The position numbers and the translations under genes were made by a program. The notes under the pieces were generated by a model. It searched no databases and was not told the origin of the DNA. It was given only the letters and a program-made list of their open reading frames with translations. From positions 7,874 to 39,873 of the forward strand of contig JAJKIP010000122.1 of NCBI GenBank assembly GCA_021154405.1: a DNA stretch of 32,000 nt. The letters are read 5' to 3'. Of this stretch, positions 1-10,047 are shown in pieces (the stretch's first letter is position 1; each line of letters begins with the position of its first letter). The stretch is from Segetibacter sp. (GTDB lineage Bacteria; Bacteroidota; Bacteroidia; Chitinophagales; Chitinophagaceae).

Positions 1-594
1 GTTTGAAGGTCTGCCAAAAGGAATTTCACCAATCATCGAGGAAGGATGTGCACCTACGGGGTTAAAGTAGCGCAACAATACAAATTTTGAATCAGATACT
101 TTGGCTACATCCATGATCATATCCTCACCGATCTGTTTGGTTCTGGCATATGGTGATTCTGCTTTTTTTAGTGGTGTTTCTTCTGTAACAGGTATTACGT
201 CTGCATTGCCATAAACACTACACGAGGAAGAAAACACAAAGTACGGCACCTTAAATTCCTCAGTACATCTCATAATATTGATCTGGGAAACAAGATTGTT
301 CTGAAAATAGGCAAGTGGCTCTTTTACTGATTCATCTACGGCCTTGAAGGCAGCAAAATGAATAATTCCATCTATAGTATGGCTGCTGAATATTTTTCGG
401 GCCGCCTCCATATCACACAGGTCCGTAGTATAATGTTTTATATCACGACCAGTAATTTTTTGAGCACCCTCGAGAAGGCGCATTGAAGAACGGGAATTAT
501 TATCCACACAGATAACGTCATATCCATTTGTCAGCAGGTCAACAATGGTATGAGAGCCGATGTAACCACAGCCCCCGGTGACTAAAATTGTCAT
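1..594 (-). CDS. galE: UDP-glucose 4-epimerase, N-terminal 198 codons (3' end cut by the window edge)
   Basis: Hand translation from the ATG at 594-592 gives MTILVTGGCGYIGSHTIVDLL...IIHFAAFKAVDESVKEPLAYFQNN...FSSSCSVYG...SPYARTK...LRYFNPVGAHPS. This contains the Rossmann GxxGxxG, the YxxxK and the GalE-typical RYFNPVGAH block. The ORF is not in the supplied track because it has no stop inside the window. Confidence 0.8.
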   Translation of the reverse strand, partial: MTILVTGGCGYIGSHTIVDLLTNGYDVICVDNNSRSSMRLLEGAQKITGRDIKHYTTDLCDMEAARKIFSSHTIDGIIHFAAFKAVDESVKEPLAYFQNNLVSQINIMRCTEEFKVPYFVFSSSCSVYGNADVIPVTEETPLKKAESPYARTKQIGEDMIMDVAKVSDSKFVLLRYFNPVGAHPSSMIGEIPFGRPSN

Positions 595-706
595 ACTTAA
601 TTTTTATAGAATGAATTTGCAACGGTGGTGTGAGGGATATTTTGTTTGTGGGAAGAGGGAACAAAGCCTGCACCGCCTGTAATTAATACTCGACTATAAT
701 AGTGGT

Positions 707-1600
707 TTACCTTTTTTTGGGTCCTTTAAACATGGGTAAGACCTTCTTCCTGAATACGTTTCCTGGAGAATACAGGAAAGAACGCCAAAGAAATCCTAAC
801 ATCCTTTTTCTTTGTTGAGGAAAATGATAGCATATTCCGGCGAGTATAAGGTTTACATTGGATAGAGCCCTTCTCCGTATACGTCTGCTTCGGAACCATT
901 TTTTATCATCTGCCTTTTTATACATATAAATCACCTCATCTACTACTTTATAATTCTGAGCGGTCATACTTTGTCCATGTATTCTGTAGATCCACAATTT
1001 CTCATTCAGGAAATAAGGATCTTCCTTTGCTCCCAGTTGCAAAACAATATCCCTGTCAGCCGGTGAAGAGATGCGGGTATCAAAACGTACATCATCTCCA
1101 AATAATTCCCGCTTTGCCACAAAATTGCTCGTAGCGCCTGGCACCACATCGCCTTCAAAAAGCAAAGTATTCTCCAACACGTTATAGGGCCTGAAATTAA
1201 CTGGTTCTATTTTCAGTGGTTCATTTTTCTCATTGATATATTCCAGGTCACTGAAAACCCATTGCTTTCCGGTTTCATTGATTGCTCTGACCTTTTTTTC
1301 AAGATTATCAGGCTTCCAAAGATCATCAGCATCCAAAAAAGCAATGTAGCTTCCCCTGGCAAGCGCCAGGCCCTGGTTCCTGGTATCTGAAACGCCACTA
1401 TTTGGTTTGTATTTGTAACGTACGCGTGGATCCTGCTGTTGGAGTTGCAGAATGATCTCTTCCGAATTATCCTTTGAACCGTCATTCATCACAATAACTT
1501 CAAGGTTTCGATAGGTCTGGTTCAAGATTGATTCAAGCGTCTGCCTGATATAAGAACCCGCATTATAAGCAGGCACGATTACGCTTACTAGTGATTCCAT
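707..1600 (-). CDS. family 2 glycosyltransferase
   Basis: N-terminal VSVIVPAYNAGSYIRQTLESILNQTYRNLEVIVMNDGSKDNS and FLDADD (DxD) are classic GT2/GT-A signatures. The gene sits in the polysaccharide operon. Confidence 0.85.
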   Translation of the reverse strand: MESLVSVIVPAYNAGSYIRQTLESILNQTYRNLEVIVMNDGSKDNSEEIILQLQQQDPRVRYKYKPNSGVSDTRNQGLALARGSYIAFLDADDLWKPDNLEKKVRAINETGKQWVFSDLEYINEKNEPLKIEPVNFRPYNVLENTLLFEGDVVPGATSNFVAKRELFGDDVRFDTRISSPADRDIVLQLGAKEDPYFLNEKLWIYRIHGQSMTAQNYKVVDEVIYMYKKADDKKWFRSRRIRRRALSNVNLILAGICYHFPQQRKRMLGFLWRSFLYSPGNVFRKKVLPMFKGPKKR

Positions 1601-1603
1601 TAA

Positions 1604-2356
1604 TTACTTTTTACAAACCGCAAATAAGACCGGCGATTGGTGTATAATTTTGTTTTCATCAGTCTCCAGCAGAAAATCTTCCGGCCTGGGATAAAGCGGC
1701 AATCCGGTCAGCAGTTTCATGAAACCACTCCGCCAGGAATAGGGGAGTTTTCGGATCCCAAAAGACAGAAATAATTTCTCAAGTAGAAACCCCACATTTT
1801 TGCTGAATGATTTTTTGTCATACCTGCAATAACGCTGGCCGTACATTGAATATTCTGAGAATGCTTCTCCCAATAAAGTTTTTAATTCTTCCAGGCGGAA
1901 CTCCTGGGTGTGATAGGGATTTCCGATAACTCCGTCAGGTGAGGTAATGGCTGCATTAGGAGTTGACAGTATGAGCACACCTCCGGGCTTAAGAACGCGC
2001 GCAAATTCTGCAATCATTTTTCTATAGCCGGTTGTATGTTCAACGGTCTCAAATGAAACGATCTTGTCAAAATAATGGTCCGGGAATTTCAGGGCGGTTC
2101 CATCAAGCACCTGGAATTCTATATTTGACCGGTTCCATTCCTTCCTGCATTCTTCAATGGCTGCCTGCGAAATATCACCGCCAATGGTTTTATTTGAGGT
2201 GTGTGCTGCCAGGATATCTGTACCGAATCCGGTGCCGCAGGCAATGTCCAGCACAACATCATTTTTATCAATATAAGACAAGGCTTCCTTATAGCGGTGA
2301 ACATGTTCGCCCCACCACCTGTTGTTTGATTCTAATAATTGGCGTTCTGATGACAT
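1604..2356 (-). CDS. class I SAM-dependent methyltransferase
   Basis: Motif I VLDIACGTGFGTDILA and post-I GGDIS. The C-terminal half fits a Methyltransf_11-like fold. There is a 3-nt gap to the downstream GT2 gene. Confidence 0.8.
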   Translation of the reverse strand: MSSERQLLESNNRWWGEHVHRYKEALSYIDKNDVVLDIACGTGFGTDILAAHTSNKTIGGDISQAAIEECRKEWNRSNIEFQVLDGTALKFPDHYFDKIVSFETVEHTTGYRKMIAEFARVLKPGGVLILSTPNAAITSPDGVIGNPYHTQEFRLEELKTLLGEAFSEYSMYGQRYCRYDKKSFSKNVGFLLEKLFLSFGIRKLPYSWRSGFMKLLTGLPLYPRPEDFLLETDENKIIHQSPVLFAVCKK

Positions 2357-2357
2357 A

Positions 2358-3617
2358 TTAAGATTTAAAGTATTTCCATGAAAATTTCACACTTACAATT
2401 GCCATAAATGTATAAGTGATGATGCCGGTTACGGCAGCACCATACGCACCATATCTCGGAACCATATAAAAATTAAGCAAAATAGAAAGTAGCATGCCAG
2501 CTACGGAAATATAAAGGATCAGTCTGTTTTTGGCATGAAAAATCAGGTAGGCCATAAATGCGTTATAGATAGCCCACATGAAATAACCTGCACTCAGGTA
2601 ATAGGTGAATATCATTCCCCCATGAAAGCGCTTATTGATGAAAAGATGAAAAAGAAACGGCGTGGTCAAGAAAACACCTGCAACTATTATTGCTGCGACC
2701 AGAATATATAAACTCGTTCCTTTTTTTGTATTTCCCTTATTGCCGGCAGCCAGGTTCTGGAAGAGATAAGGTTGATAGGCGCTGTTCATGGATAAGATCA
2801 CCAGGTATATAATAGTAGCTATTTGTGCACCCACACTATATAAGCCCACCTGCTCCGTTCCTTTGAGATCGTAATTATCAATAAAATACCTGTCTGAATT
2901 ATTCAAAACAAATATGGATAATCTCTCAAAAACAAACGGTAAGCTGACCCAGGCAATTCGCCTTATCTGTTTCCATTCTATCTTCCCTGAAAAAAAATGC
3001 CATCGATTGATCAGGAATATGGCAATAATGCCCAATATTACAGGTGCAAGTGATGCGGATAACAATCGGCCCTGCCATGCCATACCGAGACCAATAACAA
3101 AAGAGATAGTCAATAATACTTCTACAAGATTCTTCGAAATAGAGAAAAAAGTAAATCCCCAGGGCTTACTTTTCATCCTGCAAACCATCATGATCAATTC
3201 ATTGTTCATAATCCACCAGACCGTTACAGGCAATATGGCCGCCCAAAGCGGAGTAACATGAAGAAAGCTGGCAACCTTTTGACGAAAAACTATAAACAGG
3301 ATCGTAAAAAAAACAACGCTGAGTAGGGTTAATGCCTGGGCATTGGTAAAAAAATCCCTGTACTCCTCACCTGATTTTTTATAATATTCAACAAATATCG
3401 GGTATAATACTCCACAGGTAACAAACGGCGTAAGAAGAGGGATAAAGGAACTATACAGGTTTATGATCCCATAATCCTCCGGAGTCAGGAAGTGGGTGAG
3501 CAACGAAATCGTAACAACGGATAATGCCGCGGTAAAGAAGTACGCCAAAAAATAAACATATACACTTCGTACTGCTCTTATCTTGGCAATATTTGTAAAC
3601 ACATTACCCAGTTTCAT
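2358..3617 (-). CDS. wzx: Wzx-like oligosaccharide flippase (MOP/PST family polysaccharide biosynthesis protein)
   Basis: 419 aa and almost entirely hydrophobic, with many predicted TM helices. Its position inside a Wza/Wzc locus and a 1-nt gap to the next gene also fit. The call rests on architecture and context, not on a catalytic motif. Confidence 0.65.
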   Translation of the reverse strand: MKLGNVFTNIAKIRAVRSVYVYFLAYFFTAALSVVTISLLTHFLTPEDYGIINLYSSFIPLLTPFVTCGVLYPIFVEYYKKSGEEYRDFFTNAQALTLLSVVFFTILFIVFRQKVASFLHVTPLWAAILPVTVWWIMNNELIMMVCRMKSKPWGFTFFSISKNLVEVLLTISFVIGLGMAWQGRLLSASLAPVILGIIAIFLINRWHFFSGKIEWKQIRRIAWVSLPFVFERLSIFVLNNSDRYFIDNYDLKGTEQVGLYSVGAQIATIIYLVILSMNSAYQPYLFQNLAAGNKGNTKKGTSLYILVAAIIVAGVFLTTPFLFHLFINKRFHGGMIFTYYLSAGYFMWAIYNAFMAYLIFHAKNRLILYISVAGMLLSILLNFYMVPRYGAYGAAVTGIITYTFMAIVSVKFSWKYFKS

Positions 3618-3642
3618 TGGATTGGCTATTAAATGCTGAGAC

Positions 3643-6102
3643 CTATTGAATGCCCGCTGGTATCAGCATTTGTTTTGGAGAAGTTCCCAGATAAGGCGGT
3701 ATGCCTTCAAGATAGAGCTCATCATATAAAGGTTTAATTCTCCAAAGACCTGCTTCCCCTTTTTGTACCTGAACCTGGATCTCTTCTGCTTTTTTATCGT
3801 TCATGCTAATTCTTCGTCCGGAAGGAGTTATCAATTCCACCGTGCCTGCCTTTATAACATTAAACCGCACTACATCATCCGGCACATAAAAAAAAGAATA
3901 ATTCAGCATGGTGCATTTAATCGGTCGATCAGGACGCATGACCATGCTATAGTTAATTTCAGGGCTGAAAGAAACCTTGAAAATTTTTACAGGATCCACT
4001 ATCACCATTGTATAGAACCCCGGTGCCAGGGTTGCCAGGCTTAGCTTTTCAGGTACTCTACTTTTATTGTATTCAAAATAGGCAACTGGAGATTTGGAAG
4101 TTATATTTCCATCTTTGGTAAATGGATACACACTGATCTTAAAAGGTTTGATATTTGAGGGATCGCCAATAAAATCGCCAGTAAAAACCAGATAATTCTG
4201 CGTTCCCTTTTTCTTAATTTCTATCACCCATTCATTGGTAAACCAGAATTTATTATCGTCCTTCTGTGCTGAATCTTCTACCAGTTTTTTGAACCTTTCA
4301 AGATTCCGAATGGTGGTAAACCGTGGAGCATAATTAAATGCTCGGACAGCCGCCGGTAAAGTAAGCAGTCCGCGATCCCGTTTTATCAACCTGTCCATTT
4401 CCTCCTGGGTCACTGGTTTACTGTCGGATTTCCATTTAGCATTGTCTCCCATCGCCATTCCTGGAATGGTTGAGCGGTTGCCCAGTTCAAAGAATGACGG
4501 GAAACCGGCAACTGATCCATCATCCAGTTTACGATACCCGAAGCTGAGAAGAGCCCGCAGGTTCTCTTCGTCAGACTTTAATTTATACTTATGGTACAAA
4601 AACAGATAATGCAGGTACGACTTTATCTGGAATATTCTTCTTTTTACAATGGCAGAGGATTCCAATCGTTCTGCTTCATTTGCATAATCCATCCACTGTG
4701 CCATATCCTTTTCCCGAACCGCAGCAAACGTGTAGCTCTCCCATTCACTCCATAATTTTTGCATGATGCGCGAAGCCTTCCCAAAACAAAGGGTAAAAAA
4801 TTCATTGCGGGAAGCGGTTGCATCAGCATTGATGTTCCACATCTGTTGGGCAGCCAGATAATATCCAAGGCCTTTGCTGATCCACCCTATAGATGATTCG
4901 CCTTCATAACTTCTCACTCCCTTTGCATAGTATTTTTTAATACTGCTGATCAGAACATTTGGCTTTGATGCCTGACTTTGTCCAGGAATATCATAATCCC
5001 ATGCATACCAGCTGAAATAATCATAGATCCCTACAATTGCGCCTTTCTTTCTCCATTCATCCACCAATTGTTCAATAGAATATTTTGAACTATTGAAAGC
5101 CGTGGTAATGGCTACGAATACATTGGGTTCAACGGGCTTTGTTGGGGGTGATATATACTCTCCGTAAGCCAGACAACCTATCAATGAAGAAGGATATTTT
5201 TTCCGTATTCCCCTGGCTACCCTGTTTACCAGGTAATATACCCTGTCTGTAATTGTTCCTAATTTTTGACAGGCTGGAGAATTACAGGTCCCAAGACCAT
5301 CGGATGGTGACATACTGATCATCTTATAGGCCTGGGTTTTTGCCTTCAGGGATTTCTCAATTTCCTTTTCAGTATACCTGATCAGATAGTCAAGGAGGTC
5401 TTCCCTGCTCATATCAAACTTGGCTCCATCAGGAAGCACTCCTTTTGGAGCTACCGGATAAAACCATTCCGGATGTTTAAGAAAAACATCCTTGTCAGAC
5501 AGCATAATGTTTTCATAATTGTGCCCAAATGAAGCATTGATTGAGCCACCAAGCTTATTGGCTAATACCCAAAAATTATAATCCGAGTCTGCGATGGCTG
5601 ATCCTGTTCCATATCCATACCAGATACGCCTGTAATCAAAAGAAGGCTTTGAAACAATAGCATACTTTTTATACAATGCAGGTTTGACTGGTGTAATATG
5701 CCAGTCCGGATTTGGGAAGTAATACCTGTAACCAAGTAAATGCAAATAGGAAAATATTCCGTGACTGACACCCAGGTTACTATTTCCCAGGATCTGAACG
5801 GAATTTCCTCCGGCATTTATTGAAAAAGCTTCAACTCCGGATTGTAATAATTGAGAACCAGCTTTGACCTTTTGAACACCAACAGTTGTATTGGCAATAT
5901 ATATTCCCTGACCTTTATATTCCGAAAGGGGTTTGACCAAAAAGTTTCCTGACTGGCTTTTAGCAAGCTCCCTGATAAAAAGACCCGCTATCCTTTGCAA
6001 GGTATCATTGCCTTCCAAATCGGCATAGATCACATTGGAAGATTGGGAAACTGCGGGAAAAGCCGACAGCAGAAAAAGAAAGATCTTCAATAACTGCTTC
6101 AT
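3643..6102 (-). CDS. secreted DUF4838-like protein, putative glycan-processing hydrolase
   Basis: Sec signal MKQLLKIFLFLLSAFPAVSQSS. The block PSFDYRRIWYGYG...FGHNYENIM...FLKHPEWFYP...GTCNSPACQKLG resembles the DUF4838 pattern (P.F.YR ... FGH ... HPE[WY]F ... Cys cluster) as I remember it. The family assignment is from memory and unverified. Confidence 0.5.
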   Translation of the reverse strand: MKQLLKIFLFLLSAFPAVSQSSNVIYADLEGNDTLQRIAGLFIRELAKSQSGNFLVKPLSEYKGQGIYIANTTVGVQKVKAGSQLLQSGVEAFSINAGGNSVQILGNSNLGVSHGIFSYLHLLGYRYYFPNPDWHITPVKPALYKKYAIVSKPSFDYRRIWYGYGTGSAIADSDYNFWVLANKLGGSINASFGHNYENIMLSDKDVFLKHPEWFYPVAPKGVLPDGAKFDMSREDLLDYLIRYTEKEIEKSLKAKTQAYKMISMSPSDGLGTCNSPACQKLGTITDRVYYLVNRVARGIRKKYPSSLIGCLAYGEYISPPTKPVEPNVFVAITTAFNSSKYSIEQLVDEWRKKGAIVGIYDYFSWYAWDYDIPGQSQASKPNVLISSIKKYYAKGVRSYEGESSIGWISKGLGYYLAAQQMWNINADATASRNEFFTLCFGKASRIMQKLWSEWESYTFAAVREKDMAQWMDYANEAERLESSAIVKRRIFQIKSYLHYLFLYHKYKLKSDEENLRALLSFGYRKLDDGSVAGFPSFFELGNRSTIPGMAMGDNAKWKSDSKPVTQEEMDRLIKRDRGLLTLPAAVRAFNYAPRFTTIRNLERFKKLVEDSAQKDDNKFWFTNEWVIEIKKKGTQNYLVFTGDFIGDPSNIKPFKISVYPFTKDGNITSKSPVAYFEYNKSRVPEKLSLATLAPGFYTMVIVDPVKIFKVSFSPEINYSMVMRPDRPIKCTMLNYSFFYVPDDVVRFNVIKAGTVELITPSGRRISMNDKKAEEIQVQVQKGEAGLWRIKPLYDELYLEGIPPYLGTSPKQMLIPAGIQ

Positions 6103-6132
6103 GGCTGCCCAATTATTTTCCTGTTAAACATA

Positions 6133-6993
6133 TTAGGAGACCTGACTTTGCAGGTATACGCCATAGCCGCTGTTTTTATATTTAGCAGCAATTTGCAAAA
6201 GTTGATCCTTGGAAATAAACCCATTGCGATAAGCGACCTCTTCAATGCACCCTATTTTCGTTCCCTGTCTTTTTTCAATTACTCTCACAAACTCGCTTGC
6301 ATCACTGAGTGAATCAAAAGTACCGGTATCCAGCCAGGCAGTACCACGGTCCAATATGGCAACCTTTAGCTTTCCCCGGCGGAGATATTCTTTATTTACA
6401 TCAGTAATTTCATACTCACCGCGTGGCGATGGTTTCAGGTTCTCAGCAATATCAATTACTGCATTATCATAAAAATATAATCCGGGCACAGCGTAGTTGG
6501 ATTTAGGCTGCTTTGGTTTTTCTTCAATAGAAATCGCTTTGAGTTCACTGTCAAATTCAACAACACCATACCGCTCGGGATCTGATACCTGGTAAGCGAA
6601 TACATAGCCACCATCTATATCAGCCAGCTTCTTCAACTGACTACCCAAACCATATCCATAAAATATATTGTCGCCCAATACCAGGGCAACCTTGTCCTTT
6701 CCAACAAATTCTTTCCCGATCACAAATGCCTGAGCGAGGCCATTCGGAACCTGCTGGATGGCAAATTCAAATCGGCAACCGACCTGGCTGCCATCTCCAA
6801 GTAATCTTTTGAATGATGGATTATCTTCTGGTGTAGTAATGATCAAAACTTCGCGGATCCCTGCCATCATCAGGGTTGACAAAGGATAATAGATCATTGG
6901 CTTGTCGTAAATGGGCATCAGCTGTTTTGAAATCGCCTTTGTGATAGGATACAGTCTTGTACCGCTACCACCAGCCAGAATAATACCTTTCAT
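6133..6993 (-). CDS. rfbA: glucose-1-phosphate thymidylyltransferase
   Basis: [55 protein letters not shown]... matches RfbA/RmlA almost motif for motif (GGxGTRLxPxT, LGDNIFYG, C-terminal NSGYGxYL). Confidence 0.95.
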   Translation of the reverse strand: MKGIILAGGSGTRLYPITKAISKQLMPIYDKPMIYYPLSTLMMAGIREVLIITTPEDNPSFKRLLGDGSQVGCRFEFAIQQVPNGLAQAFVIGKEFVGKDKVALVLGDNIFYGYGLGSQLKKLADIDGGYVFAYQVSDPERYGVVEFDSELKAISIEEKPKQPKSNYAVPGLYFYDNAVIDIAENLKPSPRGEYEITDVNKEYLRRGKLKVAILDRGTAWLDTGTFDSLSDASEFVRVIEKRQGTKIGCIEEVAYRNGFISKDQLLQIAAKYKNSGYGVYLQSQVS

Positions 6994-7005
6994 TGAATAA
7001 TAGTT

Positions 7006-7920
7006 TTATGGAGTTTTTTTAAGCCAGACTTCCAGTTGCATCCCTGTTTTGGTAGCTTTCATATACCAATTGATTAATGAATGAAAGATCCGGGGAACTT
7101 TCAGAATGTTTGCCGGATAAATGGTATGATCAACCACCCTGTATTTATTCCTTTCCTGATTTTCAAGGAAAGACTTCAGGGTGAATTCATGCATATGAAA
7201 AGGGGAATGCATTGGGCTGATATTGGTAACATAGGTAGTGCCCCTTAACCTGAAATAAAAATTAAAAACCCTGGAGAGGAAAAAATCAGAAGATGGCACT
7301 TCTATATGTATTACACCCTCCGGTCTTAACCAGTTTAATGCCTTTTTTATAGCAGCATCCGGATCATACAGATGTTCCATTACGGCAGAAAAAGTAATAA
7401 AATCAAAGCTCTCCGGTTCATATTCCAGATCTTCCAGCATGCAGTTCTTCAGCCTTTCAGGAGCTATATTCATTTTACCTATGGCCCGATCATAAAATGG
7501 CTTTGAAGGTTCTGCGCCAAAGGCTGTAAACCCTTCCCGTTCCAGAGATATCATTGATTTACCAATGCCAGCCCCTATATCAAGTGCATTCATGCCCTCT
7601 CTAAAAGGGAGTAATTTTTTGGCTTTGGCAATTTGTATTGAAAAGTAATTCGGATCTACATTAAAGTATTCCGGAACCCAGTAAGATTCTGGAGGGATCC
7701 CATAATGATCGTTTATCTCGTATGGTACCGGTTGAGGATTGCTATAGATAAGGCCACACTTAGTACATCTCATCACCGTCACAGAGATTCCTTTTGCTGA
7801 TCTGGGTCGAAGCCCCTGGGAACTATTTAGTCGCTGGCCAAGAATCTTATGCTTCTGAATCGGATCCTGGCACATATTGCACCGGGTAATTTTAAAAAAA
7901 TAATAATGAAGCCTTTCCAA
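7006..7920 (-). CDS. SAM-dependent methyltransferase with an N-terminal Cys4 zinc ribbon
   Basis: CNMCQD...CTKCGLIYSNP gives two CxxC pairs. These are followed by methyltransferase motif I, LDIGAGIGKS, and FDFITFSAVMEHLYDP. Confidence 0.75.
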   Translation of the reverse strand: MERLHYYFFKITRCNMCQDPIQKHKILGQRLNSSQGLRPRSAKGISVTVMRCTKCGLIYSNPQPVPYEINDHYGIPPESYWVPEYFNVDPNYFSIQIAKAKKLLPFREGMNALDIGAGIGKSMISLEREGFTAFGAEPSKPFYDRAIGKMNIAPERLKNCMLEDLEYEPESFDFITFSAVMEHLYDPDAAIKKALNWLRPEGVIHIEVPSSDFFLSRVFNFYFRLRGTTYVTNISPMHSPFHMHEFTLKSFLENQERNKYRVVDHTIYPANILKVPRIFHSLINWYMKATKTGMQLEVWLKKTP

Positions 7921-7925
7921 AAGTT

Positions 7926-9011
7926 TTAATTTTCGAGAACCTGCTTAAAGTATTTAACGTATTTGTTTTTCCAGGCTTCAACTGAATAACGATCGATAAC
8001 CGTTTGCCTTCCTGCTTCGCCAATCCTCTTGCGCAATTCCTGATCATTCATTAATGTCTCCAGGGTTGATACCCACTCCTCGTTTGTATCTGGTAAATAA
8101 CCATTCACTCCGGGAGTGATGATCTCTTTGTTTACACCTACAGGTGACATCAGGGTAGGAATGGACAGCGCCATATATTGTAATCCCTTTAACCCACATT
8201 TCCCTCTGGCCCATTCATCATCAGGCAAAGGCATGATACCAATATCTATCTCGGATAGATCTTCAATTTCAGTGGCAGCAACCCAGGCGACCCCCTTTGT
8301 ATCCAATTCTGCACAATAATATTTTGCATCGCCTATGATCTTAAACTCAACAGCATTCCCATACATTTCTTTGATCTTCTTTAAAAAAGGGATCGCTTTT
8401 TCAAAATGCTGTATAGTTGAAAAACTACCGCTCCATCCAATACAGATCCTGTCTTTACGTTTCCTGTTTTTTATGGGAACATAGATTTCAGTATCAATGG
8501 TAGTGGGAACAATAACTATGTTCTTATTAAATTTTGCAGCATAATCAGCAAGGAACTGGTTACCTGCAAATATCATGTCAGACAGAGCAATGATCTTGCT
8601 TGTTTTGGATGCATCCTTTAAAAAGGCCAGTCTCTTATTTGCAGCCGAAACGTTTTGCATCCATATTGAATCATCAAAATCAAATATGATCTTTGCTTTC
8701 GAACGAGCAAATCTTTTCTCAAAGAAAGTAGAACCCGTCATCAAGGCATCCCTGAAAATGAATATAATATCATACCGGTTCATAGAAAACCAGTCGCCCA
8801 TACGTATCATCAGCGTACTGCAATAAATCAATATTTTTTTCAAGTAGTTGCCTTTTGAATAAAAGGCTTTGTCATTCTTTTCGTTGAGAAGGATTGAAAG
8901 TTTACAGTCAAACCCGTTTTCTTTCAGGAAGTTTAAATACTGTTCAAACCTGAATCGCTGGCCAGGAGACCGGTTGGTTCTGTGAAGACAGATAAAAAGC
9001 ACTTTTTTCAT
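7926..9011 (-). CDS. GT-B fold glycosyltransferase (GT4/GT1-like)
   Basis: The C-terminal GLKGLQYMALSIPTLMSPVGVNKEIITPGVNGYL is the E/G-rich nucleotide-sugar binding region typical of GT-B retaining transferases. The size (361 aa) and context also fit. Confidence 0.7.
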   Translation of the reverse strand: MKKVLFICLHRTNRSPGQRFRFEQYLNFLKENGFDCKLSILLNEKNDKAFYSKGNYLKKILIYCSTLMIRMGDWFSMNRYDIIFIFRDALMTGSTFFEKRFARSKAKIIFDFDDSIWMQNVSAANKRLAFLKDASKTSKIIALSDMIFAGNQFLADYAAKFNKNIVIVPTTIDTEIYVPIKNRKRKDRICIGWSGSFSTIQHFEKAIPFLKKIKEMYGNAVEFKIIGDAKYYCAELDTKGVAWVAATEIEDLSEIDIGIMPLPDDEWARGKCGLKGLQYMALSIPTLMSPVGVNKEIITPGVNGYLPDTNEEWVSTLETLMNDQELRKRIGEAGRQTVIDRYSVEAWKNKYVKYFKQVLEN

Positions 9012-9029
9012 ACTCTGGCGGAAGAAGGC

Positions 9030-10046
9030 TTATTGCTGGGCTTTTGATTTTGTGAGGATTTCCCATCCCTGAGGAAGTTTTTCCCGGATCTCAATATTTT
9101 CAAATTCCTGGCCTTGCCTTGCTCCTACGCGTTTCGCCCATGCAGCCATACGTGCTATTCCCTTTTCCAGTGTGACCTCCGTAGGACTGCCAAAGACCTT
9201 GTGCGCCTTTGTATGATCGGAATAGGCATGCATTACTTCATTTCTTGCCTGTAAGTAATTAATATCTGGTTTTACATTGAATTCATTACAAACTACCGTA
9301 GCCAGTTCATTTACCGTATAGGGCTTATCAGCTCCAATATTGAATATCTGGTTTTGCGCCGCGCTGATATCTACGGACCGGGCAATGGGAATAGCTACAT
9401 CATCAATGTAACTGAAAGCCCGCGTTTGCGTACCATCTCCAAAAACTGTCAATTGATTTCCCTGCATGATCTGGTTCATAAAAATACCGATCACATTTCT
9501 GTATTTATCTCCAATGTTCTGGTTTTCGCCATAGACATTGTGAGGGCGAAAGATCACATAATTCAATCCAAACATTTCATGGGCAGCTTTAAGATCCAGC
9601 TCCACCGCATATTTTGATACCCCATATGGATCTTCAGGTTCCGGTGTCATTTCTTCTGTCATAGGCAACTGTCCCTTTCCATACACGGCTATGGAAGAGG
9701 TGAAAACAAAACATTTTACTTTTGCCTTAACTGCCTCATTGATCAGGTTAATACTACCAATAAGGTTTGTATTATAATTATATCGCCTGATAAAATGGGA
9801 GAGGCCCTCTGCAGCATAGGCGGCAAGATGGTATACATAATCAAACCTGTACTTATAAAAAAGGTCACTGATAAACTGATGATCGGTTACACTGCCCTTA
9901 ATAAAGGTAGCAGCTTCCGGTACGTGATCTTCAAATCCCCCACTTAAATCGTCTATGGCAATCACGTTATGGCCTGCGGCCAGGCAATGTCGGACCACAT
10001 GCGAACCAATAAAGCCCGCTGCGCCTGTAATTAATGAAGTTGGCAT
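9030..10046 (-). CDS. extended-SDR NAD-dependent epimerase/dehydratase (possible dTDP-4-keto-6-deoxyhexose reductase/epimerase)
   Basis: ITGAAGFIGSHVV Rossmann motif and catalytic YGVSK (YxxxK). Its start lies 1 nt after the rfbB stop. The substrate is inferred only from that coupling. Confidence 0.7.
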   Translation of the reverse strand: MPTSLITGAAGFIGSHVVRHCLAAGHNVIAIDDLSGGFEDHVPEAATFIKGSVTDHQFISDLFYKYRFDYVYHLAAYAAEGLSHFIRRYNYNTNLIGSINLINEAVKAKVKCFVFTSSIAVYGKGQLPMTEEMTPEPEDPYGVSKYAVELDLKAAHEMFGLNYVIFRPHNVYGENQNIGDKYRNVIGIFMNQIMQGNQLTVFGDGTQTRAFSYIDDVAIPIARSVDISAAQNQIFNIGADKPYTVNELATVVCNEFNVKPDINYLQARNEVMHAYSDHTKAHKVFGSPTEVTLEKGIARMAAWAKRVGARQGQEFENIEIREKLPQGWEILTKSKAQQ

Positions 10047-10047
10047 G

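Noticed and set aside
2032-2361. Antisense or nested ORFs from the six-frame track inside confidently assigned genes. Examples: 1213-1485, 2032-2361, 2119-2304, 2914-3261, 3763-4044, 9354-9617, 14123-14368, 21019-21423, 26395-26820, 27821-28093, 28787-29212 and 30093-30445.
   Set aside because: Each lies wholly inside a longer ORF on the opposite strand or another frame that has clear family motifs. Their translations are low-complexity or Cys/Arg/His-rich with no recognisable motifs, which is typical of shadow ORFs.
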